This document shows positions 55,062 to 57,749 of a stretch of DNA of 57,749 nt, piece after piece (the first letter of the stretch is position 1; every line of letters begins with the position of its first letter). The stretch is from positions 1-57,749 of IMG/VR virus record IMGVR_UViG_3300006879_000004; one strand, written 5' to 3'. The position numbers and the translations under genes were made by a program. Source of the DNA: a virus. Lineage: Duplodnaviria; Caudoviricetes. Under the pieces are notes generated by a model. That model had not been told where the DNA came from. It saw only the letters and a program-made list of their open reading frames with translations, and did no database searches.

Positions 55062-55069
55062 CAAAGGTA
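55062..55069 (-). promoter_or_regulatory. -7 box TACCTTTG 4 nt before the HTH gene ATG
   Basis: Minus strand TACCTTTG taat ATG(55057). Confidence 0.7.
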
Positions 55070-55576
55070 CGGCTAATATTTGGGCATATTGCGCACAGGT
55101 TGATTATCCACTCGGGAGAAAAGTTAAATCCGTGCGTCGTTTCTGTTGTGGAATACTCTTAATAGATATATTTTATTGTGGGATGGCTGTATATATTTGT
55201 GGGATAATAACAGCCTTAGTGTAGGTCTAAATCAATCTTTACAGCCCTTGCAATGTACTTAAACTTTCTTTGTGGCCTTGTTGCATCCTTATTGTAACTC
55301 TGATCATCCCTTGATCATCCTTTGTTGCTTTCCTTATCTATGTACTCTTATTCCTTTGTTATGTGTCCTTACCTTATACTGTGTCTGTGCCTTTGTATAG
55401 TATTATCTATCTTTCCCCAATTTTAGCTTTTGCCCCTAATCCATATTAAACCGTTAAAATATCTTATCGCTCCGCTACCTTTGCAACCTTATCTATAATA
55501 GTACATAATCCCGCAATTTTAATTTGAAATTATTCTCACTGATTTCCAGATAGTTACAAACTATTTTAAAAATATA

Positions 55577-55609
55577 TTTGCATCGTATTAGTTTTTGTCC
55601 TTATATTTG
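55577..55609 (+). promoter_or_regulatory. Host-consensus (early) promoter TTTG-N21-TATATTTG
   Basis: Matches the Bacteroidota sigma-A -33 TTTG / -7 TAnnTTTG consensus. Confidence 0.75.
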
Positions 55610-55655
55610 TATCAAGCAATCAGGGTTAAAGCCTAACAGCTACCAAAATTGCGGT

Positions 55656-55667
55656 CGTTCTTTAAAT
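55656..55667 (+). promoter_or_regulatory. boxA-like element CGTTCTTTAAAT
   Basis: About 45 nt after the early promoter; resembles the rrn boxA core TCTTT. Confidence 0.55.
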
Positions 55668-55859
55668 AGTAGGTACAAACAGATTAGTTACATTAGTGGT
55701 TAACATACGGTATATAATAGGTTACGCTTGCAGTATGATTAAATATGCTTAATCCTAAAATGTTTGAAAGTATCTTTCCGCTAAATTAGGTTAGAATGCA
55801 ATTAAAACTAATGATACAAGTAACTGAATGAGGTTTAAATAAAATATTTTCACTTTTAT

Positions 55860-55890
55860 TTTACGGTCTCAAAAATAATACCTACCTTTG
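55860..55890 (+). promoter_or_regulatory. Second early promoter TTTA-N19-TACCTTTG
   Basis: -7 consensus with a near-consensus -33. Confidence 0.7.
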
Positions 55891-55901
55891 TAACAGACCA
55901 C

Positions 55902-55938
55902 AGGGGGAAACTCCTAAAAGTTTAACGTTCTTTGACAT
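55902..55938 (+). promoter_or_regulatory. boxB-like GAAA hairpin plus boxA-like CGTTCTTTGACAT
   Basis: AGGGG-GAAA-CTCCT (55902-15) then CGTTCTTTGACAT (55926-38). Confidence 0.6.
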
Positions 55939-56111
55939 ACAGTAATGAGAAACGCATAATAAGAATATAAAAGCGCGAAGTAATTACGAAACTTTTAAAC
56001 TAGCCAATGACGGTTGCAAACCCGTATAAATAGGTGATTAAGTGCGAAGCGTCCCGACTTTATTGTCGGGGGTTCACAAATTTATTTACAAACTTTTAAA
56101 AATATATAACA

Positions 56112-56528
56112 ATGGAAACTATAAATATCAAAAAACTAACGTTTAAAAATGAAACGATACAAGAATCGTTCAATATCATGCTTAACAACGGATTTAGAGT
56201 ATTCGTATACAAGACCGAAACGGTTCAGGATTGTAAATATTCCAAGGATGGTAAATTGGCTTACTTACAGGCTGGTCGTTGGGGAGGAATCCAAATAAGT
56301 ACAGTGCACGTACCTAATAGAGATATAGGCACGGGCTTTGGGGAAATTCACGGAACCCAATTTGAACCCATATACGATCCTACATTAGAGCAATTAACCG
56401 ATGGCTTTATGATTGCTCCTAAATGGGCTAAGCAATTAGATATCGCTAAGGTAAAAAAGTACACCCTTGATAACTGGATTGAGAAGGAATCGCAAAAGAT
56501 ACTTAAATACAAGGAAGTTATTTTATAA
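56112..56528 (+). CDS. Early hypothetical protein
   Basis: 138 aa; ISTVHVPNRDIGTGF; first gene after the early leaders. Confidence 0.8.
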   Translation: METINIKKLTFKNETIQESFNIMLNNGFRVFVYKTETVQDCKYSKDGKLAYLQAGRWGGIQISTVHVPNRDIGTGFGEIHGTQFEPIYDPTLEQLTDGFMIAPKWAKQLDIAKVKKYTLDNWIEKESQKILKYKEVIL

Positions 56529-56539
56529 GCGAAACGGAT

Positions 56540-56659
56540 ATGATAACTATAATAGGAGCACTTAAAACATTGTCTTTTTTATTAGGTGTGATCTTAATGG
56601 TCAACCTATTTAAAAAGAATTCGGAGTATAACAAAAAAGATAACAACATTAAATATTAA
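56540..56659 (+). CDS. Small membrane peptide (39 aa)
   Basis: MITIIGALKTLSFLLGVILMVNLFKKNSEYNKKDNNIKY. Confidence 0.5.
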   Translation: MITIIGALKTLSFLLGVILMVNLFKKNSEYNKKDNNIKY

Positions 56660-56663
56660 AATT

Positions 56664-56729
56664 ATGGCAACAATAGTATTTATAATAATAGTAATAGCCG
56701 CACTTGTGGACAATGTAGACAGACGTTAA
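56664..56729 (+). CDS. Hydrophobic micropeptide (21 aa)
   Basis: MATIVFIIIVIAALVDNVDRR with an A-rich start context. Confidence 0.4.
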   Translation: MATIVFIIIVIAALVDNVDRR

Positions 56730-56760
56730 AATTTACACAACACTTTAAAACAACATCATC

Positions 56761-56925
56761 ATGAAAGCAAGAACATTAGTAAGATACTATTCTATTTATC
56801 GGCAACACTTATTTGATAATAATTTACCCGATGACAGCAATGAAATATCGGTAGAAGAGTTAACCGATTTTGTTGAAAACCAAATATCATTAGAGGATAG
56901 ATTTAACATAATAGACAGGTTATGA
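56761..56925 (+). CDS. Early hypothetical protein (54 aa)
   Basis: MKARTLVRYYSIYRQHLFDNN...; ATGA overlap with the next ORF. Confidence 0.65.
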   Translation: MKARTLVRYYSIYRQHLFDNNLPDDSNEISVEELTDFVENQISLEDRFNIIDRL

Positions 56926-57143
56926 AAGCTAAAGATAGAAAACAGATATTAAACGAAATAAACAGGTTGCATATGCTTTTGGAATGGACACGCAAAGCTT
57001 ATGAAACGTCAGAAAATTTAGAAATCCACTTAGAGAATTGCAACCTTGATTGGGAAAAACAGAGTGTCTTAACAGAGGAACTTGGCTATAAAGTTAGGGA
57101 TATGGAAACGGAATTAATTAAACTAAACAACAAATTAAACTAA
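56922..57143 (+). CDS. Early hypothetical coiled-coil protein
   Basis: 73-aa ORF. Confidence 0.7.
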   Translation: MKAKDRKQILNEINRLHMLLEWTRKAYETSENLEIHLENCNLDWEKQSVLTEELGYKVRDMETELIKLNNKLN

Positions 57144-57149
57144 AACATC

Positions 57150-57491
57150 ATGAATAACACTATTATAACACACGATTTAAGTAGTAGAATTAATTACCCA
57201 AACCACCATGTAAGGACGTTCAGTAAACAACCTTTAATTAATATACAAAGTAATGTTCCCATTAATGAGGGGGATGCCCTACTGATTAACGGAGAAAGGA
57301 GAATTGTAAAACGTATTATATCTAAAGCACCAACTAATGAGGAGATATTCGAGTTAAACGGTAACGAGGGTCTTTATAAAAGGGGGGTAACTGATTATTA
57401 CGTAATTAGATTAGATGCAGAATATTTATCACCACAACGGAAACTGTTCTACGACTTTATAGATGGTACCCGTAAGAACGTAAGAAAGTAA
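57150..57491 (+). CDS. Early hypothetical protein
   Basis: 113-aa ORF. Confidence 0.7.
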   Translation: MNNTIITHDLSSRINYPNHHVRTFSKQPLINIQSNVPINEGDALLINGERRIVKRIISKAPTNEEIFELNGNEGLYKRGVTDYYVIRLDAEYLSPQRKLFYDFIDGTRKNVRK

Positions 57492-57546
57492 ATACAGTAA
57501 TTATGGATAAGGACAATTTAATTAGGCTAGTATCTATTACAGAATT

Positions 57547-57749
57547 ATGAAAGATTTAGATAAAACACAGGTTTACGACCTTAGAGGTATAACCGAAGAA
57601 CAAGCGAAGGAGTTATATGAGTTGCTGTGCTGTTACAATGAAGGATGGAGTAACGGAAATTACAGGTGGATAAGAGAATCTTTTTCATTAGAATTTGCCC
57701 GTCCTTTCTGGACACTTAGTAGCAGTAAGCCAACAACACACATTTCAAC
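57547..57749 (+). CDS. Early hypothetical protein, truncated by window edge
   Basis: MKDLDKTQVYDLRGITEEQAKELYELL..., open to the end of the window. Confidence 0.6.
   Translation, partial: MKDLDKTQVYDLRGITEEQAKELYELLCCYNEGWSNGNYRWIRESFSLEFARPFWTLSSSKPTTHIS

Noticed and set aside
55800-56040. Hammerhead ribozyme or c-di-GMP riboswitch in the early leader
   Set aside because: No CTGANGA...GAAA core with proper stems, and no complete GEMM consensus.
1-57749. CRISPR array, diversity-generating retroelement, integrase, invertible tail cassette
   Set aside because: I saw no regularly spaced repeats, reverse transcriptase, recombinase or adenine-specific repeat pair. The two spike C-termini differ largely at synonymous sites of all base types.

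Overview
This window is about 58 kb of a tailed dsDNA phage with podovirus-type, crAss-like virion gene order. It almost certainly infects a Bacteroidota host: it has TAnnTTTG -7 promoter boxes, A-rich start contexts with no consistent Shine-Dalgarno, and the standard genetic code. Minus strand, 1-35.6 kb: helicase fragment, amidase endolysin, two spike/fibre genes, T7-endonuclease-I-like nuclease, holin/u-spanin, three putative ejection proteins, split nozzle, ring proteins, major capsid, scaffold, portal, terminase, GroES-like genes, SSB-like gene and tRNA-Arg(TCT). Plus strand, 36-54 kb: primase-like Rep, adenine MTase, nrdB/nrdA, MazG-like, PolA, ThyX, two frameshifted homing endonucleases, glycosyltransferases, HTH proteins and a SLOG protein. 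From 54.2 to 56.1 kb lies a largely non-coding control region, followed by small early genes. The strongest unexplained signal is a three-class promoter system with no recognisable RNA polymerase or sigma gene in the window. It includes 9-10 copies of TAGGAA-N17-TAnnTTTG, five of which place an ATG exactly 4 nt after the -7 box (apparently leaderless mRNAs). Other highlights: a ColE2-Rep-like primase with a pseudoknot-capable leader and an internal inverted repeat, an orphaned nrdA C-terminus behind a GIY-YIG gene, a TTT-TGA +1 frameshift candidate, a nozzle gene split around Ig-like domains, and rrn-like boxB/boxA sites. All protein calls come from motif recognition by eye; no database searches were run.
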